Assembly: GCA_051362555.1 (NCBI GenBank)
Contig: CM120642.1
Coordinates: forward strand, 31,806,001-31,870,000
Length of the DNA stretch: 64,000 bases
DNA from: Lingula anatina
Taxonomy: Eukaryota > Animalia > Brachiopoda
Direction of reading: 5' to 3'
A program made the translations under genes and the position numbers. The notes under the pieces are model-generated. The model was not told where the DNA came from and did not search any database. It was given only the letters and a program-made list of their open reading frames with translations. Of the stretch, positions 1 to 13,184 are shown one piece after another. How positions within the stretch are numbered: the stretch's first letter is position 1; each line of letters begins with the position of its first letter.

Positions 1-140
1 AGCAATTGATATGGTTGGTAATAGGTTTTATTTTGACATGTAGCATAAAAAACTACTGGTAATAAAAAACATCTATATATTATAACTAATATCATACCGG
101 AATGATTTCTCGTAGTATGGGAATTATGTATTATATACCG

Positions 141-410
141 ACCGGAAGCCCTTGTGGTTAGAGTGTCCGCCTCCGGAGCGGGAGGACGTGGGTTCAAAAC
201 CCGTCCGGGGACATACCAGTCCTTTATAAACGGTACCTTCTGTCTCCCCGCTTGGCACTCAGCACTAAGGGGTTGAAGCAGGGTCCTGGTCAGGCAGAGA
301 ACGATATTGTAAAGTTTGATAGCACTCATACGGCAGCGGGGCTGTATCCTCCCCAGGGAGGCGAGATTGTGTACACAGCGTGTTTTGACCATTTGTATAC
401 TTGTCATATG
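141..410 (+). mobile_element. tRNA-derived SINE with Meta-like central domain, in an SLC22 intron
   Basis: tRNA-like head with A box (GTGGTTAGAGTG, ~154) and B box (GGTTCAAAACC, 191-201). It is followed by CATACCAG...GGTACCTTCTGTCTCCCCGCTTGGCACTCAGCACTAAGGG, which resembles the MetaSINE core as I recall it. No tRNA 3' end. Boundaries approximate. Confidence 0.75.
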
Positions 411-645
411 TATGTAAATATTTGTTAAGTCTAACGAACATATTCATATGGAGTTTAGACTTAAATAAATGTATTATTATTATTTTTTTTTTTATAAGAA
501 ACTTGACAAAGCAAGTCTCTAGCATTTACGAACCTACACGTTTATTTTCCAGATTGTTGTGACTAGACTTCATAGAGTATTTGTCAATTTTTTATTACGA
601 TCAATTCACTGAACACGTTTTAGGTCTTACATTTTCATATTTCAG

Positions 646-2321
646 GTTTGTGAACGCTTTTGTATATTATGGCCTCTCATTTGGTACTCAAGCTCTCGGA
701 GGCAGTTTTTACCTCAATTTTGCACTTATGGGCTTGGCTGAAATTCCGGGACAATTTCTGGTGTTATTCGTTTTGGATAGGATAGGGCGTCGAAAGATTC
801 TTTTCATCTTCATGGCAATTGGTGGACTAGCATGTGTTTTTGCTGTGCTCATACCGAATGGTGAGTCCAAAATGCAATTAAAATACCTCAAATATCATAT
901 ACATCTTCAGTTTCTAGCCAATCATTGGAAAGGAGTATTCTGGTGAATGGTGTACAGCAGAGAACAGTTGTAAAAAACGACGTTGAGGTTTAGAGAGCCA
1001 AATAAATCATATGCCCCAATTAACAATTACAAAACACCGTAATGACATTTACCAAATGCGCCTCTATCAGCCTAGCTTAACGTTAATAACTCCTCGGAGA
1101 GCATATGTAGTCTTTTGAGCTTGAGAGCATGTGATCGAAAATATTTTTGATTCAAATAAAGAAAAAAAATCAAATATGATTCACTGCAATAATTATCAAG
1201 ATCCTTGCGTCTCATTTAATTCATCATTTTGAACATATAACTACGTTTGGTCGTGTCTTTTGGCATTTGAGCCATTCTTATAATTACAGGGCATCACAAA
1301 AAAAAAAAAAAAAAAAAAAAAAAACGTTTGGAGAAAAGTCATTTTTCAGTTTTGTTTGGCTTCAATAAATAATCGCCATCTTGCATTCCAGACATGCAAT
1401 GGCTGACTGTAACACTGGCTTTACTGGGGAAGATGGCAATAAGCACCACCTTTGCTGTCATCTATATGGTTACTAGCGAGATCTATCCCACTGTGATAAG
1501 GTCAGTTGCATCACCTTCCGCGACATGAAATGGTGCCTTTTAATTTATTCACTTTACTTGTCCGTGCTCACTTGAGCACGTCAAATAATTAAGTATAACA
1601 TGCAAACCCTGGCCATTTTTGCACACACAGAAGGTTCAAAATAAAAATCATTATTCTTGAATTAATATGAAATTGGCATTTTGCACCTGAATTACTAAAC
1701 GACGTACCCATTGAACATTGCTATTCACATGATCAAGGTCCATAGCTGATGTATCGCAGTATTTAAGTCACTATTTCTCATCATTCTTGATTTAGTTATA
1801 ATTGTTTTCATTAGTTGTAATTGGTTTCAATACCAAATTGTTAGAATCACACGGGGCTATTTTTTTCTCAGGCACGTCAGCTTAAGCTTCCATTCCTCTA
1901 TTGGACGGTTAGGTGGTCTTTTGGCTCCTCAGATTCTCCTCTTGGAAACTGTCTACAAGCCGTTGCCGTTCATAGTAATTGGGTTGTGTTCCGTGACCGC
2001 CGGAGGGCTGGCAATGTTGCTGCCAGAGACCCTGGGAAAACCCCTGTCTCAGACCATGGCCGCTTTCGACACGGTGATAAATGGAAGGTTGGTATGCATT
2101 TTCAACTACTTCTTTCTGATTTTAATATTGCGTCTAACAGCTAAGACAGATTAGGCACTGAACATTTTGTTATGACATAAAATGTTTTAAATGAATATGT
2201 ACATGTTATATGAGAAGTTAAATTTTCATTGCTCTCTCATTGTTGCTTCAATTGGCTTTATTTTCTTACATGTATTATTATTATAAACAGAACAACAACG
2301 GTCCAGAATCAAGAGGGATGA
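646..2321 (+). CDS. SLC22-family organic ion transporter, paralogue 1 (5'-partial; last 4 coding exons)
   Basis: Exons 646-860, 1392-1500, 1872-2087, 2291-2321, all GT-AG. Sizes 215/109/216 match exons 6-8 of the two neighbouring paralogues. Motifs: VYYGLS, AEIPG, DRIGRR, EIYPTVIR, LLPETLG. The last exon and stop are less certain. Confidence 0.9.
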
Positions 2322-4029
2322 CTAAAAAATACTGGCGTTAGCAAAGAAAATCCTAAGGCAAGAAAACATCTCATTACGACTGTTCGGATTGCTGCTTATG
2401 TAACTTATCCTTTTTATCGCCCATCTCGAATCTTCAAGGAGGAAAATTATTAATCAAAAATGGATGAGCCAGACTTTGTTAAGAGAGGAACGAAGATAAA
2501 ATGTGGAACACAGCGAAGGGAAGAGTGTTTAGTTTTGAATTTGTTCCATATGTTACACATTTTTTCGGGAGTGGGTGGGACGGAGGGAGAAGAGAGACGT
2601 TTAGGACCCTCTTAGTATACCAGGAATATTGGTACAGGGAAGAAAGAAAAATGTGAAAAAATATTATTTTTGTCTTTTTATCGACACTTTATTTACTTGG
2701 GGTGGGGGGGGGGGGGGGGAGAGAAGGGGGAGAAAGGGCCACTGGTACATTGGAGTCCTATGGGTCATTACGACACACCGACTACCAATGCCCGCTTGCT
2801 CAATACTGAAATGTTTATTCTGGTAAAAATTCAGTATCAAAGCTCCGGTATGTTTTGTAAAGGAACGAGGTGACAACTGTCAATTGTTCAGCTAAAAACT
2901 ACTTCAACTTGAGTATGAATTTCCCTGCTGTATTTGTCATTTTTTGCATTGCAGACACAGAAGATTCGTTTGTTTCAACGGGAAGCTATATAGAAAGCAT
3001 CTTCACTTGAAAAGTAAGAAAAAATCTTTTAAAATTGTATTATCATTTACAGATGTATTACTTCTAATAAACGGAGCTTCTGTGTCATATTTAAGAAGGA
3101 CAGATTTACTTTCCATGTACTGCGGCATTCTGGGAACAATGCATCAACATTTCAAGCACTTGTCTTTAGCTTTTCATTTTAGACTATGCATATATTACGG
3201 GAAAACTCTGAATGAAAAAGATTCAACTTATGTACATGTATATGGATATGTGAATAGGAAATAAAAAAAATACTCAGTTAAGGTTTTTATTTCATATATA
3301 TAAATTTCAAGTATTAAATTATTTACGATATTATGCCTTGACTTGATTTATCTGGTGTACATAGAGTGCGAGCGGTACTACATGTACAAAAACAACTAAT
3401 AACTTGACGCAGTGATACATTGCACTGCAGGGAGAGCAATGGAGAAAAATAATTACGCGATTTAAATATAAACAAAACAATTCAAAGTGAACCAGTCACG
3501 AATAATGAATATATTGGGTCAAATCAACTTTATCATTATCATAATACTAAATCAATCACACTTTTGATTACACTTTAGTATACATGTACATTAGATTAAA
3601 AACTCAGCAAGTTAAATTTCACCCGTTTTACATCTGCCTAAGAGTGCAAAAGAAGCACATAATGGTGGCGATGTAAAGGAATGTGACGGAGTTACTGCCG
3701 CTTAAGAACTGCTGTGGACTGGTTTGGAATAATAGTGATAATTATAGCAATAGTCACGCATATCTAATAAGCATGATGGCCCTAATAGTCGGTGTTGATG
3801 CACTCAGAACATTGTGTTCACAATGTCGCCCTATAGGGGATTGTGTTAACTGTGACATTTTCCTCGAGGCTCTTAACCTCGCGGCACAATCTTATCGTTT
3901 TTTAAAAGATACGATATCCCCTTGCTCTTAGTAAGGGCGCATTGCGCACTGAGTGACAATAATTTGCTTGAAATAAGAAACCCAATCGAAATCAAAAGTT
4001 AGTTGTGCTCTACTTCCTAGTTTAAGCTA

Positions 4030-4390
4030 GGCCCTTTAAGGATTCTAAACATCGTTACAACTGAAGCATGTACCATAAAACATCAAGCAAAAGTCAGATA
4101 TGGGCATATCCGATTGCAAAAACTGCACATGACAACGAATTACAAGCTTCGTGACACATTTTCATATCATATAACCGGTATTTCTACATGTGTTTTCTGC
4201 CCAAAATGCCGGAAGACAAAAACATTATCTTATCATGCCGTCAAAAAATTCCGCTTCAACTTGACACTCAAGGATCCACTCCCGTATACTTCCAACTAAA
4301 AGTGACCAGGCAGCTTCACGTCTTACACCATTCGACGTCATCTGACGCGCACTTCTGGCACATTTCTTTCTCCTCCAGTTTCCCTTTATT
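4030..4390. repeat. Interspersed repeat, copy 1 (copy 2 at ~24705-25130)
   Basis: Collinear similarity to lectin A intron 3, e.g. AAGCTTCGTGACAC, ATTATCTTATCATGCCGTCA, CAGCTTCACGTCTTACACCA.TCGACGTCAT.TGACGCGCACTT. Confidence 0.8.
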
Positions 4391-5814
4391 CAATTCCACT
4401 GAGGTGCGGAAGAAGAGGTGTTAGTGGATATTTACTAGACCCAGGCTCTGGACATTTCATACTGGTACGTGTTGAGATTTCGAGATGAATAGCGTTAAGA
4501 GATCGCGTGAGGGTGAAAATATAATGAATTTACATAAAAATATAACGACAGAAGCAAAAAAAACGCAAGAGAAGACACTTTTTGACCCCATGTCCCATTT
4601 ATGCTACGAACCGTAGTAGTAAGTATGCAGTAAGTCAGTCAGGACAAAAAGATGGGTTGACCTATATTATGTATTGCAAAAAACTGCTGTATATCATGTC
4701 TATATCTAACCCAAATTATTGCAGAAACACTATTTTATATTACCTTACAGTATACTTGTACACATGCTCATAGGTATTCTCTGTTGTGACAAGATAACAG
4801 TGCTCCCCGCTTGTCCCCGTCGCCTGGTTGTCAAAGAATTTTGTCGCAGGAGTGTCACTTTGGGAGTCGCCGTGGACGTGTTCATGAAAGTTTGTCGGTA
4901 AGATCCCTCAAAAACGCAAATATATATAAATCTGTATATGAATTACTCGATGTTTATTAATGTTAGATATATTTATGTATTTCAATTATTTTTTTCTAGT
5001 ACAAAATTGCTTTTGTAGTTTTTGTACTCTATTGTCTCCATGTCTTTGTATCAGTGCGTGTAGGTACCAGTGCAACGAAACTGAAGGTCCGTGTAACAGA
5101 GAGTCCGCCCTCCAATTAGTTATAATGGTTAGGGTTAACTTGACCTAAGTGGGTCAAAATCTTGGGCTGGGCTCACCTGTACAAAAGCATGGGAAACGAA
5201 CTCTATATCATGGGGACAATAGAGTGCCCTCTGTCACGTTACACCGATATGCTGGCACTAACCCTCAACTGAACGTCGGCCATGAACATCAATTTGGCCC
5301 TGCTTTTTTCAAAGTACGTCATTCATAAAGGGTGGTTATAATTTTTTGGTTTTAATCATAAGAAATATTTTTTTTACATTGGAGTCAGTTGCAGTCATTA
5401 ACATGTACTCATATTGACGTAATGCCAAATGGTCATTAAATAGTGTGAAAAAAGAAGAAAAAAAGCCAAAATATCAACAACATTAAATTCACGTTTTGGG
5501 TTATATTACACCTTACGATTCAACTAACAGAATAAAGTATAAGTCCAAACCTGTGGTTCTCAAAAGGATAATGCAGTGTTGAATTCCTTTTGTCAGTGCT
5601 TTGAATAAAATATTGCTCTTGTTTAAAATAAAGGAAAAAAAGTAGGCCCTACACACTCTGTTTAACACAATAATGACAGTATTAGCAGTTTCCATGATTT
5701 GTTTTTTGCGTGCCAGCGTTTCGGGCATACTAAAAAGCCTATGGTATTATAAAATATGTGGATAGGTAGCAGTGCAGCAAGGTTCGCGATAGACACCATG
5801 AACTCAAAACGGGT

Positions 5815-6088
5815 TCCGAGACTAAGAGACCATTCCCAGACCCTATCGTACAAACTTTGGATCGAGCTATCTCCTTGGGAATTCTCGCTAAATTGCAATC
5901 AACTTAAGCGGGTTAGTTGTCTATCACGCCCACTGAGACTGACAGGGTGTAATTAACTATCGTTTAGCAGCTGCAGCAGGCATGTCAGACATCTAAGCCG
6001 CCTAAGCTGAAAGTAATTTAGCGAGAAACTCCTTGGATGTGGACTGATCCCGTTAGATCGATCTAGGTATGGAAAACCAGTCTTAGTT
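5815..6088. mobile_element. Palindromic MITE-like repeat (relatives at ~7830-7905 and ~53400-53690)
   Basis: Inverted arms CTCGCTAAATTGCAATCAACTTAAGCGG / CCGCCTAAGCTGAAAGTAATTTAGCGAG. The motif GATCGATCTAGG.ATGG.AA.CCAG recurs at ~53500. Confidence 0.6.
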
Positions 6089-6212
6089 TTTATCCTTACA
6101 TGTTACGTGTTTTAGGAAACGAATCCATCATTTATTGCCATCAACAAATTCGATTCTTTCAGATACATTGAATCTACGACGGGTCAGGAACCCACAAGTT
6201 AACTAAACAGCA

Positions 6213-9200
6213 ATGCATTACGACGATCTTTTAGTGATACTTGGAGAGTTTGGGACCTACCAGAAACGCCAGTACCTCCTAATATGTGCCGTGGCGATGG
6301 CGGTTGCTACAGTGGTGCTGAGTATTGTATTTTATAGCGCCGTACCGGAACATCACTGCAAGGTACCGGACGCTTACGTTGACTACCTGAACCTGAACTA
6401 TGGCAATGTGACACAGGACGAATTGTTAAACCTCACAATACCGTGGATACAAGACGATGATGGGACACTTCACCGAAGTAGTTGCAAAATATATGACTAC
6501 CAGAGCTGGACTGAAAATCTAGACTTTTTTGGAAGTGGTGCTTACTCTGTAAATAATGGTACTAGGGATGATAGAAATATAACGGTAGGATTGGTGAAGG
6601 GAAATATGAGTGAAGTAGCCTGTCCCGAAGGACGAGTTTACAGCCAAGAGGAATTCACGGCAACCATTGTGTCGGATGTACGTAAGATACATTTTCAGAG
6701 ACATGGTGCAGTGTAAAAATGTCATTTTAGTCACTTTCAGATAATTCATGATTGACAGTGCATTTTATTTTGTTTAAAGCTTTTTGATAAATTTTCTTTT
6801 TGGGGGTTTTCTATACTTTACGTCACATTATGGCACAAAGCTTATATGCATGGCAATTTTTCCTCTAGCTTCGTTTATGTGCTTGCTGTAATTTTTATTT
6901 ACTTTATATATATAATTATAAAGCTTTAATTTTTTTCAGTTTGACTTGACGTGTGAGAGCAAAGTTATTCTAAGCACATGTAAATCGATATTTTTCGTGG
7001 GAAAACTTGCCGGTGCCATTCTCTCTGGAATCCTATCTGACAGGTAAACGACACAATTTCTTTTTTCCTTTTATTTATTTATTTTTCAATTTTTGTAGTG
7101 TTGTTTAGAAAAATGTTAAAAACAATTAATCATCTGCAATCCATCAGATATTGTTCCAACAAGAACCTCTTCCTCCTTTTTCACATTATTTTACCATCAT
7201 ACTTTAGTTCTAAATGATAACCTTGCCAGGTGGAATGCACCTTTTGTGATTAGATCATGACATAGACAAGATTTCAAGCATTCGTGTTCGTTTCACGTTG
7301 GTATCAAAATATGATCTGACATGTAACTGTGTCAAATTCGTTGAAAAATGTTTCTATTCTTTTGATATCTGTTTATTTTTCATTAAAGGTTTGGCCGGAG
7401 ACCCATTTTCTTGATAGCGGTGTGTGTACTAGCCTTACTCGGAACTTTACTTATGTTGTCTCCAAATACCATCATCTACACATTGATATATACTTGTATA
7501 TGGATGATCGAAATACCCGTATTTTTGACGCCCTACACAATAGGTACGCTTTGACAGAGCGGTGCAGTAATGACAAATGTGACACCTAACTGAGGTTAAG
7601 TGCAGTTTAGTACTACCCACATACGAAATTAGATTCAATTACCTAACTGCTTTACACGTTTACGGTAGTATTTGTCAACTACGAGTATAACAATATATGG
7701 AGACATCAGTGTTCACTTTGAAATCAAACTTCACCACGACTCTGTGCGGCGGCTTAAATGTCCGCATGACCACTGAAGCTGCTGGGAGGGGGGGGGAGGT
7801 AATTAACTTTCGTGCACGCTTTAACTGAACGCGATTTAGAGAGAATCCACTCGGAGATAGATCGATCCTGCTTGTACGATAGGATTATGGGAATGGTCTC
7901 TAGCATGTTTTGGTAGCTAAAGTAGCATATTTTAAGGTGTACCAGGCATTTTGAGCAACAGTGTACTTTCTTAGTGTGGTTCAAATTTAAGTACAGGGAT
8001 TTTTAAAAAAAAATATGTTGTTTTTCTAGGAATGGAATTTGTAGGCAAAAGTAAAAGAAGACTGGCAGGGTTCGGCAACATGGCAGCGTATAGTATAGGA
8101 TATTGCGTACTCTCCCTGTACGCATATTTTGTGCGGGATTGGAAATACCTGGCGCTGACGATACATTTACCTTTGTTCCTGTTCTGTCTTTATTATTTGT
8201 AAGTGCTGTAATACTGTTGCTCTGTAGAAATAATTCTTTTCAAATTGGTGTTTGTATGAAAAAAGATGCAGGAAAGGCATGAAGAACGTAGATCATTTAA
8301 TTGAAATGACTTCATTGGTCCTTTTGATATACTACTGTATTTTGATCACTATTTTGATGCCAATTCAATATAGAACCCGCGATTTTTTTTTAATTAGTAC
8401 AGAACGTGACTCCAAAGACCCGTGCAAAGCTACCATGCGATATACAGTGTTTGTTGACTGTTGACTTTTGAGTGGGTGGAAATTGTAAAATCAAATTTAA
8501 ATTCTTGGGAAAAAAGAAAAAGCCTCCCCATTGGTTTTACCTGTTACATGTATGTACCAAGCATCAATGTCATGGATATACACCTAATTTCTATTTTTGT
8601 TTAAATATTTTTATGTTTCCCTAGTGCTTTCCCGGAATCGGTTCGCTGGCTGTTATCGCACGGTAGAAACCAAGAAGCAGAGGTTATCATCAACAAAGTG
8701 GCCAAAGTGAACAAAGTAGAACTTGAGCAAGGAATCTTGGAGAAATTATTTGAGGAAAAGTCGGAAATGCAGACCACACTTCACACGCCAATAGACATGT
8801 TTCGGACGTGGGATAGGGCAAAGATCACGTTGAACATCTGCTTTAACTGGTAAGTCTCAGCAAGTACATGTATGACGATATCAAAAAATCATGGGCTCTC
8901 ATGGCTGTTCATCGTGTAAAATACATGTATATAATGGTTATTTCTTAAATATTAACTTAACCTTCATTTGGGTAAGATTGAGTATAAACAGTACAAAACA
9001 AACAAACAAACATAAAGATAAACAAAAAAACAATATTAATTTACTTATATTTAGTTATTATTTTTTTACTCATCAACATACACATAGACTTTATAAATCC
9101 ATCGGTTGCATAAAATGAAAAATAACCTACATCCACCAAATTTTCAAAATCTAATAATGTTTAAAAGGTGCCCTGATTCTTAAATATTACAGGAAATTTG

Positions 9201-10892
9201 CTTTTAACAGAACGAATGATTCAATTTAAAGCCCTTTAATGGGGGAATTTCGTTCAGCGCAATTATCTACCTTTTCTCATTATTTTCTTAGGATGGTCAA
9301 TTCAAATGTGTACTACGGCATTGCCTTAAACACCCAAGGCCTAGGCGGGAATATCTATCTTAACTTTGCCCTACTAGGACTCGCTGAACTTCCTGCTTTT
9401 GTTTTAGCTTTGTTGCTATTGGACAGAATAGGGCGCCGCAAGGTGGCACTGCTGTTCTATAGCGTTGCTGGGATCGGGTGCATTTTGTCAGGAGTGCTCC
9501 CTTCAGGTTTGATTTTCTTATTGGTATTTCGATTCTATTTAACGACGACAAATAAAGAGATATTTCATGAAAGTCAATGTCTTTAAGCCCATAATACGGA
9601 CAAGTCTGTTTGAAAAAATTTAACTTACATGATATTCCAAAATTCATCGTGTATTGTCAAATTGAAGTGAAATTTGGATTTTTCCAGAATTGTGAGAAAT
9701 GCCACAGTGACTTCCTCATATTATTTAACTGTCATATTTTAACCAGATATTTTGGTCGAATAATAATATACATTCCTTTATGTACATGTACCCAGTACCA
9801 TATTTTTGAACTGGAGTCTCTCTCCTGAATCTTGTTTGTGGTATCTGATTCTCATTCCTCACCAGATCTTGAATGGCTCAGTATCACCTTTGCAATAATC
9901 GGTAAGATCGGTGTGGGAGGCAGTTTTGCTGTCATCTATCTGATCACTGCTGAGATCTACCCCACCGTAATGAGGTAAGTTGACACAGTGATACCTGTCA
10001 TCCACGGATTGAAGAGGGGTTATTAAAAATTGGCATAGTTAGAATTATAAATTTATCAAATCAAAGTGAACAAGACTGCAAAATCACTGAATATATTGCA
10101 TCAAAGCGACTTTATTGTTAGCATGGTTAAATCAAGCACGCTTAAAACACTGTTAAATATGTGTTAAACTGAACTCACCAGTAACTTAAATTGCATCTTT
10201 TTTTCGATTTGCCCAAATGTGCAAAGTAGGACGCTATATTATTTGTATCTTACGTGCAATCATTCCAGAAACCTCAGTCTTGGGTTCTCCTCGGCAACGG
10301 CACGTGTTGGTGGTGTTCTTGCTCCCCAAGTTCTCTTACTTAGCAGCGTCTGGGGTCCTCTTCCCTTCGTCGTTTTCGGAGCGGTCTCCATCCTTGCCGG
10401 CCTGCTCATCATGTTGGTCCCAGAAACTCTGAACCGACCACTTTGCCAAACCGTGGATGACTTTGACATCAGGATCAGCGGGAGGTAAACTGAACAGCTT
10501 CAATAAAATTATATGCACGGTGTATTCACGTTTCGACTTTCATAGGAAGTTTATTCGTTTACAAGACGGCATGAAGGTAGCGTCTGTTAAAGCGATCCCA
10601 CCAGGATAGTTGATATTCATGAGGGTGTTTTGTCTATAACCCCAGGATGATGCTTCCATGCATCAAGCATCTATTCAGTAAACATGAGGTTTAGCTGTGA
10701 TTTTAAAACATGCAATCTGACATGTTTCAGAGCATTTAGCCTTCTTGTTTACGTTTAATTTTCAGGACAACTTATAGTGGTGGCGCTTCAAAGGAAAATG
10801 GTGGTGTTTCTGTCACAGGAGAGGGTCTACGAATGTGTGTAGAGGACGAGGAAGGCGCAGAGGAATCGCTCCAGACTGGTGTCCAATCATAA
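6213..10892 (+). CDS. SLC22-family organic ion transporter, paralogue 2 (594 aa, 9 coding exons)
   Basis: Exons 6213-6677, 6940-7043, 7389-7543, 8030-8198, 8625-8849, 9292-9506, 9866-9974, 10269-10484, 10766-10892; 1785 nt, in frame, all GT-AG. Motifs: GEFGxYQ, Cys-containing large extracellular loop, FDLTC, SDRFGRR, PESVRWL, DRIGRR, EIYPTVMR, PETL. Confidence 0.95.
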
Positions 10893-11875
10893 TTGTTATC
10901 AAAATGATCGTAACGCGGACCGAAGCAACAAAATAAACCCTTGTAGAGCACAGGAATATCACAGTTGCAGGTTCAGTTTATGCGCAATTTAAAATGGACG
11001 ATAATGTGAAATTGAAAAAGCCTGCCTGTATTTGCAGTCTCGCTGTTTCGATTGCCTTTGCTTTGTGCTGTCGTCAGAGATAAATTTCGATTGGTTTATG
11101 GACCAAAAGACAGTTGCCTTGGACTGTGCTAAAACGGTCTTTATTTGGTCTAGTTCCCTTTGTATTTCTCTCTTTGTATTTATAGGGTTTAACTGTACGG
11201 TAATTTTGCCCAAAAGTTATCCCCCTCTCTTTACAACGAAATAAAAAAAACTCTACTAGGCAAGGTAATGAAAATGTTGCAAAATGCATCGAAAGACGTA
11301 GAAAGGTCAAGCGTGTGCAATGCAAGCATATTGAAAAATCTGTTTCTTAGGCGACAATGGGCCGATATGATATTTTAATTTCAATTCTTGTATTTTGACT
11401 GAGAGTTCAGATTTTTTCGAAAGCAAGGCAAGAAGCATAAACAACGGCATTTACAAATTGGACTTCATAAAGTTATAGCGTAATAAGCACCAAAAGACTT
11501 TTATATCTATCTTTAAAAGCTTCGATTATATGAATATAAAACTGTAAAATACTGTAGAATGTAGAATACTGTAGAATAAAAATCTCTTTTTTCCTTTTTT
11601 TCTTTTTGCCTATTGCCTATTACTTTAAGTTGATATTTTGTAAAAATAATAGAGTTCAAACACGGGAATATGGCCTGCGTGCCAGGTACTTCTGTAACGA
11701 GCCCCAGTCATATGGCAACTGGTTGCGCGTATGAAGATACTAAACACAGATCACGTGTTCTGAGGTGGCACCCGTGATGTACCTTTTCTCAGCCTCTTAT
11801 TATTGTTCGTGTGCTTCTTTGAACAATATGTTTAAGCTGTGTCGCCCTCTGGAGGATTGTGTTAGCTATAACATC

Positions 11876-12045
11876 CAGGCCCGTAGCCAGCAATTTCAAA
11901 AGGGGGGTTCTTTTTCTGAAAAAGTGGACCTTTTTCCATAAAACCTTCATGTACCTAGAACAAATTTTACCCAGAGTGGACCTTTTTCCCAGCAAAAGAG
12001 GCGGTTCTTTCGAACCCCCCCCCCCCCCCCCTGGCTACGGGCCTG
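11876..12045. mobile_element. MITE with 15-bp perfect TIR and 5-bp TSD
   Basis: CAGGCCCGTAGCCAG ... CTGGCTACGGGCCTG, flanked by ACATC at 11871-11875 and 12046-12050. Confidence 0.85.
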
Positions 12046-13184
12046 ACATCATCCTCGAGGATGTAATTGCACACAATTTTGTATCTCTTGTGTATCTGAA
12101 AATTGCTGCTCTGTCCATTTTTAACGATAAAGATGTTTGTTTTTAATTTTTACGACCGTAATGAAAACATAATTTTTTAGATTCAATTTCAATTTTGGGT
12201 CTAAAAGACTAATTTAGGGCTATAGCCGTTTTGATATACCGGTCACAGGAGGTATTGTAGCTAATAATCTAAAACATCAATCATTTCTCTCGTTTTGTAA
12301 AAGAAATGCGGTAATGTTCTTAACAACGCCTGTAGAATTTGGCAGCTTTCCACTCAACCGAGATGTTGCAAAACAAGTTCGGAGATACATGTACAGCACC
12401 ATGCATACATGCTTAAATAACTGTCCTCCAGCAGATTTGTTTAAATATGTATAAATAGGAGCAAAGGAAAAGGGGAGCCTGTTGGTGAGAATTAATTAAA
12501 GTGTTTAAGCATTGTCGGGGAGGGCTACTGATATTTATGCTTTTGACGCCCTTGAAAACTTGAAAGGAAATAGTATTTAAATAATCCAAAACAATCTCCT
12601 GCGACACAAATACTATGAGAATTTTGCCTCAAACCAATCCCTCTACAATGGTCTAATGTACGTTGTCGTCTCTAATGAGTTCACAGGTTGACTCTTCTTG
12701 CTGTAGAATAGAATTAACCAAAGGGCGCACACATTTTTTTCATTACTGTAAATCAGTTAGTTAATGGAACGTCACATGGGGTTGATAAATGCCACGTGAT
12801 AATGAAAAAAACCCTTCGTCACCATTTTCATGACAAGATAATGTAAATCTTTATTTCTTAAAAATAAGAAGAAACACTAATTAAAATCACACATCAGAGT
12901 ATCTACTAAGTTCTGTAGCGCTTAAGCAGGAGGGAATGGGATCGTGGATATGCTGATATAAACAATCCAACAGTTAATTCATTTTATATAAGATCGAACA
13001 AAAAATTACTGCTTGTCTAGTCATGGATGCGTGTGCGCGTTTGCTTGGATACAAGTAAAATCGTGTTAGAGATCCTTGATTAATGTTCATAAAGTCCCCA
13101 TAGACACAATCTTGGTGTCTTTGGTGTACGTTCCTTGAAAAGCTTCCTCACTCTCTCTTTCTCTCTTGACATCTTATAGTCCAT

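Noticed and set aside
141-215. tRNA gene
   Set aside because: A and B boxes are present, but there is no proper acceptor stem and the sequence runs into a SINE body.
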